This document shows, piece after piece, positions 26,837-40,831 of a stretch of 64,000 bases of DNA. Made by a program: the position numbers and the translations under genes. Source of the stretch: Octopus vulgaris (taxonomy: Eukaryota); the NCBI GenBank assembly GCA_951406725.2, contig OX597834.1, positions 16,492,001 through 16,556,000 on the forward strand, in the 5' to 3' direction. Position 1 is the first letter of the stretch. Every line of letters starts with the position of its first letter. The notes under the pieces were generated by a model. The model saw nothing but the letters and a program-made list of their open reading frames with translations, was not told the DNA's origin and searched no databases.

Positions 26837-28213
26837 GTAAGCCTGCTTTGCTTCTGTCCCCTAATGTCTTGAAATATAATTGTGTGTGTGTATGTGTGTG
26901 TGTTTGTGTGTGTGTATGTGTGTGTATTTGTTGTAGCCCATCTTTTATATCAAGACAAAACACTGCACATGATAAACACTTCCAATCAGTTAAGATGAGA
27001 AGCCATGAGGGCCACTTTATTATTATTATAATTATTATTATTATTATTATTATCATTATTATTATGCTTTTTCCTTCTTCAAATTTTCTTCCGTTTCTCG
27101 CCGAGTATTTTCCGTACACCTAGGGCAGAGAAGCTCATTGTATGCATTCCCAGATTACACGCGCAAATTCACAGATAAAATATGTATTTAAAAATAAATA
27201 AATAAATAAATTCATGGATGGATGTTGTTTTCACAGCGATAATGCTCTTCTCAGTACATGAGCCGTTCCAGTTAATACAATTTTTTGCACTTCCTGTAGG
27301 GATGGTAAGCCTGGAATCATTTTCAAATAGGTTTCAGTACCTTTTTATCATTCCTAGAGATCCTACAATCACTGGTATTGTAGTTGCCTTGAGATGCCAC
27401 ATTTTTTTCAATTTCTATTAGCAAGTCTTTACATTTACTAATCTTGTCAAATTATTATTATTATCATTATTATTATAATTATTATTATTATTATTATTCT
27501 GCTGCTGCTGAGGATACCTTTGCCTTTTATCCTTTCAGGGTCAATAAATTAAATATCAGTGAAACACTGATGTAATTGACTAGTTCCCTCCCGCCAAATT
27601 TCAGGCCTTGTGCTTTTAGTAGAAAGGATTATTATTATTATTATTATTATTATTGAGTGAGAGAGCAGTGCATGCCATCAAAGTGACGCTGGTGTACAAG
27701 TATACGAAGCCCAATATACCCATTATGACTACCTGCCTAATAAGAATACAGGTACACGGATCACAACCATATGTGTGTGACATGGTGATCTCATATCAAG
27801 ATTAAACAGTGCATGACCTTGCAGGTGGGGTGCAGTTTGAATTTTCTTGAGGTTGAGTAGCCCATCACACTCAAAAGGTCCTTGAATAAGGGTTGTTTAA
27901 CTCTTTTTGGCACCAACCCATCCAAAACTACTTTTGCTTATATGATACAAATTTCCCATTTTAAGATAAAAATTTTCCATTAAGCTTCCCTGTTAATTTA
28001 CGTCCCAATTACCAGCTTTGCCTTTCATCCTTTTGGGGTCGATAAATTAAGAACCAGTGAAACACTGGGATCGATGTAATCAACTAGTCCCCTCCCCACA
28101 AATGTCCAGGCTTTGTGCCTTTGGTAGAAAGGATTATTATTATTATTACTATCACTACTATAAAATTCCAAAATATTAATTAAAATTCAGTTCTCAATTG
28201 TTGTCATGTTCAG

Positions 28214-28390
28214 GTCGAGACCCTTTACATAAATGGTTCCAAGATTCCAAGACTACCGTTCTATATTGCATACAAAGCACTTACGAGATCAAAGAACATA
28301 GAATATTACAAGGCGAAATATGAGTCAAGAAACAGTTTGAAGGAAGTTGTTATCAACACAACCAAGTTTTGGAGAGAATTTACTATTATA
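28214..28390 (+). CDS. C3: C3-like exon 10 (MG4): [16 protein letters not shown]...EFTII
   Basis: gttcag/gtgagt; open 59 codons, phase 0/0. Confidence 0.85.
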
Positions 28391-28600
28391 GTGAGTATAA
28401 ATTTCTAACATTAGTCATCATTTTACATGAACACACACACACATCCACTCTCTTGCTCTCTTCTTATCTATCTATCTGTCTATCTCCTTGTCTGTCTGTC
28501 AGTCTCTCTCTCTCTCTCTGTATATATATATATATATATATACTGTCTATCTCCTTGTCTGTCTGTCAGTCTCTCTCTCTCTCTCTCTGTATATATATAT

Positions 28601-28894
<294 letters not shown>

Positions 28895-28952
28895 CCTGGT
28901 TCGTTCCGATTCGTCGTTTCGTTCCACCTCTTGATTCCTGTTATTTTTATAT

Positions 28953-28987
<35 letters not shown>

Positions 28988-29197
28988 TCAACATGTTGAT
29001 TCGCTAGCTTCTGCACGCATTTTTTTCTCTCCTTGTTTCTTTTCTGTGTACCTTTCTGTTGAAGAGCGTAGGCTCGAAACGTAAAAGACTTGTTTTATTT
29101 ATATTCCTGAGCGCCATACTAATACAATTGTTTGTTTGTATTCCACCTGCCTTCATCTTTTGTTTATTTTCATAAAGCTTCCCGTTATATATATATG

Positions 29198-29232
<35 letters not shown>

Positions 29233-30098
29233 TTTATTTAAAAGCAGCAAAAAATTCAACAAAACTTGTTACTCTGAGTATATATATATATATATATACA
29301 CACATATATATATACATATCTTTTATCATTTACTTGTTTCAATCATAAGATTGCAGCCACGCTGCGGCACCACATTGAAGAATATTTAGTCAAAAGAACT
29401 GACTCTAGTACTTGATTTATGTTTGTAAACTTGGTAGTTATTTTTTTTGGTCTGTTTCACCAAACCACTAAGTTACAGGGAAGAAACTTATTGCTAGCCG
29501 GGAGATAAATCCCTACTGCCTCCAGCACTGAGATCACCGGATCACGTGATTTCAACCTTATTTGGTCTTGTCAATGATGGACACTTGATTACTAGACAGA
29601 GCAGTGATTCATCTCTCTGCCAGCAATATTTAGATTGATAGTGCCAGGACAGGCACCAGTGTCACAGAGAGAGGCAGCATTTTTTTCGGCATCGATTTTT
29701 TTTCAACTTTGGAAATGGATTGGAGTTTCATGCTATCAAGCAGTGATTCCAAATTTCAAGTTTCTTTCAATGGAAAATATGGAAATATCGAGAAAAAGAA
29801 TGAATGAGGTGCAAAAGCTCGTGGTGTATGAGAATGAATAGGATATTTCTGTATCCGAAACTGAAAGCAGCGATAGCGACAGCAAGGACGATTTTACATC
29901 GGAATGAAGTAAAAATTTTTTAAATGTTTTTATTAGCAATTTTTCTGAGGAGATGGGTATCTATCCATAGTCTTTCTTAGGAAGCAAAACCAATAACAAT
30001 GCTGATGGATGATCACAAAATCTCCTTTAAGCTTGAACCAAAATGTCAGGTTCCAAATAAATGTCTAAAACCAATATTTTGAAAATGTTCTCATTCAG

Positions 30099-30227
30099 GT
30101 CACCAGTGCCAACTACCATCTCACTATGGAAGACCAAGCCACAGAAGAGTGGGAGGTGGCTAGCTACAAGTCCGAGAGCGATAGCTACTTGCTTCTATCT
30201 TTGAATGTTCCAGAAAATGGTTATAAG
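30099..30227 (+). CDS. C3: C3-like exon 11 (MG4/MG5): ...EDQATEEWEVASYKSESDSYLLLSL...
   Basis: attcag/gtaagt; QA......Y.S.S.SYL.L pattern. Confidence 0.9.
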
Positions 30228-31878
30228 GTAAGTGTTAGATATTCCTGTGACTCTACGCCTGCCATCAATGTTGTAACTTTGCCTGGGAGATTATGATTGT
30301 TTCTGTTTTTTGTTTTTTTGTTTTTATATCTCTTACTTGATTTAGTCCTTGGACTGTGGCCATGCTGGGGCACTGCTCTGAAAAGATTTTAGTCGAACAA
30401 ATTGACTCCCAGTAATTATTTTTCACGTCTAGTTTTTATTGTTAGTTCCTTTTTCCCAAACTGCTAAGTTACAGGAATGTAAACAAACCATCACAGGTTA
30501 TCAAGAAGTCGGGTGCAGGACAAATACAAGACACAAATACACATATGACAGGCTTCCACACAATTTCTATCTACTAAATTCACTCTCAAGACATTAGTCA
30601 TCATGGAGCTAGAGATAAAGACACTTGCCCAAGGTGCTGTGCAGTGAGATTGAACCCAAATCTATGTGGTTGTAAAGCAAGCTTCTCAACCACTTTTTTT
30701 TTTTTATATTCATTGACACAAACATCGTTGTGTGATTTGGTGATGGTAAGATTGACGCGAAGTCGTGAAGTTTGTGCCATAGAGTAATCATAGTCAGAAG
30801 ATTCTAACTGGTATTGCTGTTTAGCACCAGGTCAATGCTGATCATACAGACCTGTGATCAATGGCATCTCAGCCATGACCATCCCGACTTCTTGAAAGAG
30901 GTCAGATTTGATCTTCCCGTTGAGCTCAAACTTCCATGTTTCTCCTTTTATTGTGTAATGCCTTCTAAGCAATTTGCCCTTCTGGACTTGAGGTCCTTCA
31001 AAGAGACAAGACCATGGTTCTGAAGTATCTGAAGTCCTTGTCTACCTTGATTTCTCCACAGCTGGTGTCCATGGCTGTGACATAGATGCTGACGACTAGA
31101 ACTGTCATATTCTTCAGTCAAAATTCTATCTTTAGATATTCCAGTTCAACAGCACAGAGGGCCCAGAGAACTTGTTGTTTATGAAAAATTATAATCAACT
31201 GTGTTTGTATTTGATCAGCAAGATTCTTGATGTGAACTTGTGTGTTGAAACAAATTTTGTTATATCTTGGGAGGGTCATTATGTCAATATAAACACACAC
31301 ACACACTAGCAGATCTGCAGTTAAGAGGATATGTGAAGAACCTAGGACCACATGTAGCTTTTGCAAATGTGGCCTTTGCTAAAATGATGGGGGTGTGAAT
31401 CAGTAAACACCATCGTCATTGTTTAATGTCTCCATGGTGGCATGGGTTGGATGGCTTGACAGAGTGCTGGCACGCAGGGAGCTGTTCGGACTCCAAAAGT
31501 CTGTTGTAGTATGGTTTCTATGGCTGGATGCCCTTCCTAACACCAACCACTTAACAGTGTGCTGGGTGTTTTTCACATGTCCTCATCACGAGTGCAGTTA
31601 CACAACACTGACACAGGTGCTTTTTAAGTGCCACCAGCACCTGAAAGAACAACCTTATACGTGTGGAAGACAGCGAATTTACTAAGATCATTGGCTCCAA
31701 ATTCTAAGGTCAACTCTGCCTTTTATCTTTTTGAGAGGGTCAACAAAACAAGCACCAGCTTTGCATTGGGGTCAATATAATCAATTATTCCCCTTCTCCA
31801 AAATTTCAGCCCTTGTGCCTATAGAAGAAAGGATTATTATTATCATTTGTATCATAATTTCATTCTTGTTCATTAAAG

Positions 31879-31947
31879 GTTGGTGATGATATAACGATGA
31901 AAGTTGTAACCTCAAGAAAATCATTCAAGACCCCACTTCATTTCATG
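31879..31947 (+). CDS. C3: C3-like exon 12 (MG5): VGDDITMKVVTSRKSFKTPLHFM
   Basis: ttaaag/gtaaga; KVGD motif across the junction. Confidence 0.85.
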
Positions 31948-33679
31948 GTAAGAAGTCCTACCTTTTTATTTCCTCCTTACTTTTAATCCTTTAGCATTCA
32001 CATTATTCTGTCCAACATAATCCTTTAGTTGTTTAAATCCTTTAGCATTCACATTATCCTGTCCAATGTAATGCTTATTTATTCCCATTGCTTTGAATTA
32101 ATCATGTGTTACCCTGTAGCTTTGAGATTTAGATGAGGTGACTTAATTTTTAGAATGATATTGTAGAGTTGGTGTGAGAGGCCACATCTGGCCAGTTTAA
32201 GCATAAAACAAGGAGAATATTTTGGCTGGATATGGCTGGTCTAAATGCTAAAGGGTTAATCTTTTCAGTATATATATTGACTGTTCTTTACTTAACATCA
32301 CTCTCATTTGATGGAGCAGCTGTGAGCTGGAAGAGACCTCATGGCAAGCACCACACCAGATGGTTGGACATGATTAAAGAAAAACCTCCAAAGACTCAAC
32401 ATCACCTTGGAGGATGCAGAGGGGCAGACATGGGACTGCCAGCAATAGAGAGCACTGGTGGACCCGGTTGGCTCTATGCATGATGATGTTTCTGGGACCA
32501 CTAACTTGGGATGACTCCAGCCCCCATAAAACAAGAGCATTGAAGCAAACAATACCATTTCTCTTATATAAGGCAGCAAGATGGCAGAATCATTAGCATG
32601 CCAGGCAAAATGCTTAGCGACATTTTGTCGCTCTTTACATTCTGGATTCAAATTCCACCAAGGTCAACTTTGCCTTTCATCCTTTTGGGGTTGATAAATT
32701 AAGTGCCAGTGAAACACTGGGGTTGATGTAATCAACTAGTCCCTTCCCACCTAATTTCAGGCTTTGTGCCTATAGTAGAAAGGATTATTATTATTATTAT
32801 TATTATTATTATTGAGTGAGAGAGCAGTGCATGCCATCAAAGTGACACTGGGGTAAAATATACAAAGCCCAGTATACCCATCATGACTACCTGTCTGATA
32901 AGGGTACACTAGGCACATGAATCACAACCATGTGCCTTTCATCCTTTTGGGGTCGATAAAATAAGTACCAGTTGAACACTGCGGTTGATGTAATAAACTT
33001 AACCCCCTCCCCAAAATTGCTGGCCTTGTGCCAAAATTTGAAACCAATACTATTTCCCTTAGAAAATTTGTAGAGTAGTGGAGAAAATAATGACTTGTGA
33101 TATTTAGTTACATCCCTTTTATATTCTGCTGTGGTAGTTAATGCCTTCCACTGTTTTGGTAATAGTTTGTCTACCAATCTTATTTGTGCATTAACCAAAA
33201 AATTTTTTTTATATTATTGACATATAACTAACTAAAATAATAATAAATAAATGTGCCCTTTTAAAGCCTAGCCAGGCTCATGGGCCCAGTTTCCTGGTTT
33301 CTATGGCGTATGTGTTCCCCAGCTGGACGGGACGCCAGTCCATCGCAGCGTTACTCATTTTTTGCCAGCTGAGTGGACTGGAGCAACGTGAAATGAAGTG
33401 TTTTGCTCAAGAACACAACGCATCGCCTGGTCCAGGAATCGAAACCACAATCTTACGATCATGGTGCTGACACCCTAACCACTGAACCACGCACCTCCAC
33501 ATAACTAACTAAAGCTATTGTTTATTCAATGTCGTTTATTTATTAAAATCAAAACCAATGATATGAAGAAATTAAACTTATTTATCTTCAGCAGTGAAAT
33601 CTTACTTTGCTAAAACTCAAGAATATTTAATTTGTCACTGATGTATTTGTTTTTGTATTTTTTCTTTTCCCTCCTGCAG

Positions 33680-33868
33680 CTTATTGGGAATGGCAAAATC
33701 TTGAAACACTACACAATACCTTATCGGAAATCTTATTGGGCAAGTTACTTTTCTGTCACTGAAGACATGATTCCTATTGGAAGGGTTATCGTCTACTACA
33801 TGAGAAACCTTGAAATTGTTGCTGACTCCAGAGCATTTGCTGTGCAAGATGCTTGTAAAGGACGAGAG
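33680..33868 (+). CDS. C3: C3-like exon 13 (MG5): LIGNGKIL...VTEDMIPIGRVIVYY...EIVADS...QDACKGRE
   Basis: ctgcag/gttagt; M.P..R..VYY and EIVADS motifs. Confidence 0.95.
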
Positions 33869-34411
33869 GTTAGTCAAGACACTTCCCATTTATTAACATC
33901 AGGTGGTTCCTTTATTCAGTCTAATCAGTCATTTCATTTCCTCATCTATTCATTTTATACCCATTTTTCCCATGCTAACATGAGTTAGGCAAAAGGCCAA
34001 AATGTATATTTATTTGGCAGTGCCTACCTTGAATGAAATAGATCAATAGCAACATTTTCCTTTTATGGCAAAATATGCACCTAATTCAATAAAATTATGA
34101 AGGTAACCTTCATAATTTTATTGAATTAGGTGCTTCAGAAGAAGACCCATCAAGCCAAGTAAAATTGCAGTTGTGGAAGATACAGGTGTCATGCAAATGG
34201 CACCTGTTCCGGTGGCACATAAAAGCACCCATTACACTCTCAGAGTGGTTGGCATTGGGAAGGGCATCCAACTGTAGAAAACCATGCCAAACCAGACTGG
34301 ATCTTGGCGCAGCCTTCCAGTGTGCCAGCCCAGTTAAACCATCCAACCCATACCAGCATGGGCAACAGACATTAAGTGATAATGATGATGATGATGATGA
34401 TGATTTACACA

Positions 34412-34463
<52 letters not shown>

Positions 34464-34816
34464 ATCAACTAAGAGTTACAACTATGATGCTGTTGGTAAA
34501 ACATGTTTCTTGTCTATTTCCTAATCCTCTTGGAGATTTGGGGCAAAATTATACTAATGTGTCCTTATAATTTAACTAAATTCTATGTCTTTGTGCAGCT
34601 GAAGATTGCTCTACATTTTAAATTGATGTAATGAAATGAATGCATTGTTCAATTAAATGGAGTCGCATGAAACGGTCGTACTGCATTACCTCTGGATATC
34701 CTTGTTGCTTATTTTGATTTTAATCACCTGGTTTTGAAGTTGTATGGATATAAACCATACTAAATTCTGGTGCCTCAACTTAAGTACCATATTCATCTGA
34801 ATCTAAATTTTTATAT

Positions 34817-34853
<37 letters not shown>

Positions 34854-35016
34854 ATGAATGCACGTGCATATCTATATATATGTACATGTATGAGCATGAT
34901 GAGTGTAATGAATGTATATATATGAAATTGTTAATGTGTTCATACATGCATGTCTGTCTGTACATGTGTTTATGTTATTTTTCCATTTATCTGCTGTTCA
35001 AAAACTCACATTGCAG

Positions 35017-35172
35017 TTGAAACTTTTGACAACTTCAAAAGCCGCATACTATCACCCTTTAACAAACGTAGAGATGGAAGTGAGAGGAGATCCTGGTGCC
35101 TATGTGGCACTTTCTGCTGTCGACAATGCTGTATATCTTCTTAATGATAAGAACAGAATCACACAAAAATAT
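35017..35172 (+). CDS. C3: C3-like exon 14 (MG6/LNK): ...GDPGAYVALSAVDNAVYLLNDKNRITQKY
   Basis: ttgcag/gtaagt; V.L.AVD.AVY.LN motif. Confidence 0.95.
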
Positions 35173-35375
35173 GTAAGTACCTTCCTTATTTCTGATGTTC
35201 AAATATTGAGATTCATGGGCATCTTCATATAAAGCATTTGCTTTATAAAGTAACTTACTTGAATTATTTCCCAAAATATCCTTACTAGAACAGTTATACA
35301 CACATACATATAAAACCTTTTGATACCAAACTGACCCAGTATGTGTGTGTGTGTACATATATACATATATATTTA

Positions 35376-35736
35376 CTCGCAGTATAGCCCAGTGTTGCTC
35401 TGGTATGTTTTCTTTCCGACTCTTTAGATTTTGAATTTTTAAAAAGTAAAAACTTTGCATTATACAGCTTGTTATTCTCTTTAAGTGAACATTTTTCTGG
35501 TTGAAATACATCGAAAAATGGTGACACAGCAGTCAAAAAATCGTAAAAAATAGGGATTTGCATAGAAGAAAAGCACCTTTTTGATGTAAATATTTTTTAG
35601 TCTTAACATGGTCTGATTTGAATTTTTTCTTCTACGGAATGAAGAGCAAGCCTTCTTCTATCATACTCTCAATTTTGGTCAACTTGCGCTGCAGGGTCTC
35701 GGAGGAGATAGTGTTAGTTAAAGGCTACCAAACCTG

Positions 35737-35771
<35 letters not shown>

Positions 35772-35793
35772 ACTTCAGCTTTATATATATAGA
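35376..35793 (-). mobile_element. Non-autonomous Helitron, second family
   Basis: Reverse complement starts A|TCTATATATATAAAG; ends with hairpin ccagagcaacactggg and decayed CTAG. Confidence 0.65.
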
Positions 35794-35960
35794 TTTATTA
35801 TTTATCAGAGAAATTGAATAAATTCCACCAAGTTTGTAGTAATCATCCTATTCGTGTATTTCTGTCCTATGAAATTTTCTGCTCAAGTTCTCTTTCTTCG
35901 ATCAACCAGCATACATCTCCCAGAATATCAACTGTGACTTGTAAATCAATTCCATTTCAG

Positions 35961-36035
35961 GTGAAAGACATGATGAAACTCTCCAATGTTGGCTGTTCTC
36001 CTGGAGGTGGTTTAAATGCTGGACAAGTTTTTTAC
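35961..36035 (+). CDS. C3: C3-like exon 15 (LNK): VKDMMKLSNVGCSPGGGLNAGQVFY
   Basis: tttcag/gtgagt; C3/C4/C5-type GC.PGGG linker motif. Confidence 0.95.
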
Positions 36036-38365
36036 GTGAGTTCATAAATACCTTGTTGTTGTTGTTGTTGCTCAACAAAAGTACTCCAGTCATGGCCATT
36101 CCTATTTCTTTTGTTGCTGTTTTTCCCAGATGCATCTGTAAAGTGTGTGGCCAAGTGGTCAGTGTATTACATTCACAATTGCATGATTGTGGTTTTGGTA
36201 GAAAACACCAATTGCAGATGTCACGTAAAAAGCATCTGTGCTGGCACCAAGTAAAAGCACCCAGGACACTCTGCAAAGTGGCTGATGTTAGGAAGGGTGT
36301 CCAGCTGCAGAAACCATGCCAAAACAGACAATTAAGGCCTGGTACAGCTTGCCAACTCCTATCAAACTGTCCAACCCATGTCAGTATGGAAAACAGCCGT
36401 TAAAGGATGATTATGATGACTATACCATTCAATGTAACTTTCCTTTTTTTGTTTTTTGGATTTGTTTTCTAAGGGACCAAACAACCACGAGAAGCTCCCT
36501 CAATATTTCATTGATGTCTTGTTTGTTTGTTTGTTTTGTTGTGAAATGGGGTGCTTTCTTGTTTCCTCCTACCTTTCACAGTAGGAGAGTCCAGTTTGCT
36601 GGACATTGTTGTAGAGCTGAAAACGAGGCAATTTCTACTCTTCTCCTCTGGAAGCCATCTACTCGCAATACCAGACGGCGCACACTCTCCTACCCTGATG
36701 TAATCTCCAGGGATACAGGCATCCAGCAACAGGACCTCCGTAATGCTATGATGGACCGTGAAGTCTGGTGTAGCATGGTAAATTCCATTGTCTCGACCAC
36801 GGTCGAATAATGATGGTGATGATGATTTTTTCCTCCTCTCTCATAGCCATTTGGTTAAGAAGTTCATTCCATACTGTGGGTAAGTGTCTTCTTCTACAGC
36901 CCAGGACTGTGAAAGCATGTGGGAGAAAGAAACTGCAGGAAGCCTGTTGTATGAAATACATCAGCAATCTTTGTCAGCAGAGCTGCTGATGAAGATTCCA
37001 ACAAAGATTTGAAACATGCACATGTAACTGCTTCCTTTCTGTTCTGTCCACAGACATATTACATTTCTATGCCCTGTTTTCATTCACATTAAGAACCAGT
37101 ATTGGCTAATAAATCTATAAATATAATAAATTGTATAGTATCAGTTCTATAGAATGAATGGCTAGAATACTGTACTATAGAGGGTAGAAGGGTAAAGACT
37201 GCCTTCAGTCATGAATGACCATGGGATTGCACCTCAAAAGTTCCCCTCCAAGACACAAGTCTAAGCGAGGTTGTTTATGAGAAACCAGCAGTCACCCATG
37301 CATACCAACCTCCTCTCTCCATGCCACTGATGTTATCTAAAGGAAAGGCATAGACTGCTACAGCTTGGCACCAGTGATGTCACAACTCATTTCTACAGCT
37401 GAACGAACTGGAGCAATGTGAAATAAAGTGTCTTGCTCACAAACACAACATACAGCCTGGTCCGGGAATTGAACTCACTACCTCATGATTGTGAGCCTAA
37501 TGCTCTAACCACTGAGCCATGTGCCTTCATTGTACTATAGAATATGTTTATATATTCTGTCTTGGAACTCATGGAACTCATGGAAGAGACAGACCCGGGA
37601 AGTCATGAGACGAAGTACTGATAGAGGACATCAGGACACTGAGTTTTACAGAGGGGATGACAAAGGACCAAGATATTTGGTGCCTTGCTGCACTCAAGAA
37701 GACTCGTCCTCCTCAACAGAATAGTTAATGCTTCTTCTGCTGCTGAAGGGGATTGGCCTACACGGCCCTGTGCTGGTGCCACGTAAAAGCACTGATGTTG
37801 GTGCCACGTAAAAAGCTCCCGTGCTGGTGCCATGTGATAGCACCTGTACTGGCAAAACATAGGCACCTGTGATGGTGCCATGTAAAAAGCACCCAGTACT
37901 GTAAAGTGGTTAGCATCAGAAAAGGGTACCCAGCTGTGGAAACCAGTCCAAATCACACTAGAACCTGGTACATCTCTCCAGCTTCCCATCTCTGGTCAAA
38001 CCATCCAACCCATGCTAGCACAGAAAACAAATGTTAAATGATGATAATGATGATGATAATATATGTGTGCGTGTATATATATTTATGGTGGGCTTCTTTC
38101 AGTTTCCACCTACCAAATCCACTCAAGACTGATCAACCTGGGGCTGTAGTAAAAGACAACTGCCCAAGGTACCATGCAATGGGACTGAACCCACAACCAT
38201 GTGGTTCAGAAACAAACTTCTTAACTATACAGTCATACCTATATACATTGTTTTACGTTAACTCAAAATATATTTGATTTTGATTGAATTTGTATTAAGT
38301 TAATTATATTCATTTAAAACTGGAAATTCATATTTTTAATTATCTAATTATTTATTTATTTCTAG

Positions 38366-38489
38366 GATTCAGGGTTCAATATTATGACTAAAGGTTTGCC
38401 TGCAACACCAAAACCAGGACGTACGTATATGCTTTGTGCCTTGAAAAAAATCCCCAAAGAAAAGGTTTTAAAACGAACCAAAAGATCAG
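38366..38489 (+). CDS. C3: C3-like exon 16: DSGFNIMT...VLKRTKRS with beta/alpha processing site RTKR (38474-38485)
   Basis: ttctag/gtaaca; R-X-K-R furin consensus ending at residue 666 of the joined ORF, the expected position of the beta/alpha junction. Confidence 0.92.
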
Positions 38490-38542
38490 GTAACATATTT
38501 CAGAATCCTTTTGAACCTCTGTGCGTGTGTACACACACACAC

Positions 38543-38579
<37 letters not shown>

Positions 38580-38701
38580 CAACTACTGAAGAGGTTATAA
38601 GATGCAATGAAAATTTTAGAAAAAATAAATGAGTGGAAATTGAACCAGTGAGTGTGTTAAGTAATAAGGCATAAAAAGAGAATAACTCTCCCCAGACACA
38701 A

Positions 38702-38745
<44 letters not shown>

Positions 38746-39168
38746 TTAGGTAGTGGGTAGTGATTTTCTTCACTACTTCAGGGAGTGACGACCCTGCCTG
38801 ACACGAGTCCCAGGCTCAGCTGGCTCCAGCTGACAGTACCCGATATGGGCCCCTATCCAGGGTTACGGAAAGGAGACAACCTTCAAAGAAATCCAGAGTG
38901 GAGCCCTGTAGGCAGTTTAGTGCTTGACTCGACACTCTTCCGGCAGCTCCTGCAACAAAGATGGTGCCAAACGTAATGCTCTGCACTCCTTTGGGCTATG
39001 TCAGCAAGGTCGAGAGAGGATTCCTGACGATTGGGCTACCCAGGATTTTCTTACATCTAGCCCAGACCTGCGCAAAACTGGAGAGGAAACAGGAGGGGAC
39101 ATGACATGTAAGAACCAGGCTGCATTAGTTTATGCGCAACTCCATTGTCTCCCGAGACAAAAGGATGC

Positions 39169-39218
<50 letters not shown>

Positions 39219-39636
39219 TGAGTGAGTGAGTGAGTGAGAGAGAGCGAGTAAGAGAGAGAGATATTAATGTTTTTTATGTTCAGTTATAATAAAAACAATT
39301 TCAAATTAATCTGATGGGTTACTCGATACTTTTGTAGGAAGGTTTGGCAATTTCTTGCTGAACAACCACACAGATGATTTGTTTATAGTGATCAAACGTT
39401 TGTGTTCACATAAGCTCACTTCTGCCATCAAATCAACATTACCTGTACAGGTGCACCATGTGTCACATGACAGATGATGAAATGGTTGCAGAGAAACATG
39501 AAATGAAGTGCTTTGCTCAAGAGCACGACACAACACCTGGTCTGGGAATCAAAACCACGATCTTGCAATTGTGAGTGCAACACCCTAACCACTAAGCCAT
39601 GTACCTTCAATAAAAACACACACACATGGATATACA

Positions 39637-39700
<64 letters not shown>

Positions 39701-39997
39701 TTTAAAACATTACGTTATATAATTAGGGTTAGTAAAATAAATTACTTTACACACACCGAACTTTTAGAAATAGCAGCCAAAAAATCTTAGCTATTTCTTC
39801 TTACAGTAGAAGAAATAGCTAAGATTTTTTGGCTGCTATTTCTAAAAGTTCGGTGTGTGGTAAAGTAATTTATTTTACTAACCCTAATTATATAACGTAA
39901 TGTTTTAAATATACCGTAAATGGTCTTTTTACATACTGAACACTACTTGGTAAAATTAATTAATAATTAATTAGTTTTACCCTTTTATTATACATAC

Positions 39998-40032
<35 letters not shown>

Positions 40033-40089
40033 CATATATAATGGTGACGTACCGTAAAAGAGGGAATACAAAGGAGTGACAGAGAGAGA

Positions 40090-40325
40090 GAGGAGAAATG
40101 GAAAGAAAGGAAGAGACGTAAACAAGAGACTATGGCACTATAACCAGCCAGGAACAGTCTTCGCTACATTTGCGGTACCTGCCAGAGGGAGTGTTTGTCC
40201 AGGATAAGACTACACAGCCACAGCAGGAAATGTATCAGCACATGAAATATAAAAGCCGGACTAGACTACTTCATGCGCAACTCCATTGTCTCCCGAGACA
40301 GAAAGGATGCCAATACAATACAATA
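40090..40325 (+). mobile_element. RTE-like LINE 3' end with C-terminal zinc finger; same 3' tail on a non-autonomous element at about 38750-39180
   Basis: YICGTCQRECLSRIRLHSHSRKC*; shared tail gcgcaactccattgtctcccgagaca..aggatgcca. Confidence 0.7.
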
Positions 40326-40669
40326 CATATATAATTATTTTTTTTCGTAATGAGATAAAAAACCAAGACTGTGTAGATTTTAGAACATCTATAGATAGGT
40401 CTTACAGCTGTTTCCAGGATATTTATTATATCCCTTCATTGGAGACGGTGTGAGAGGATGGTTAAGAAATAGTTAATTTAAATAAGATATAAAATAGAGA
40501 GTAAGGTGGAAGAAATAAAAGAAAATAGATGTGAGATATGTAGGGATATTGCATTTGTAGATCCATTTTTTTTAGGCAGAATGGTATATATATATGTATG
40601 CAAATGTATATAAATAACATTGCATTTTATCATTTCATATATTTGATTTTTTTTATTGGACTGTACCAG

Positions 40670-40831
40670 ACTTTTGCTGTATAACTGGGTCTCAGATGAA
40701 GGGAATCAACTGCACTGAAAGTTGGTTGAACTTCAGGTACCCAAACAAAGATGAAAACTGCCAGAGAGCCTTCCTTGATTGTTGCTTACCCAAGGCAACG
40801 ATTGGACCGATAATTGTAGACAATGGAACTG
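40670..40831 (+). CDS. C3: C3-like exon 17: anaphylatoxin domain DFCCITG...NCTES...ENCQRAFLDCCLPK...
   Basis: taccag/gtgagt; six cysteines in CC-C-C-CC ANATO spacing, AFLDCC. Confidence 0.93.
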
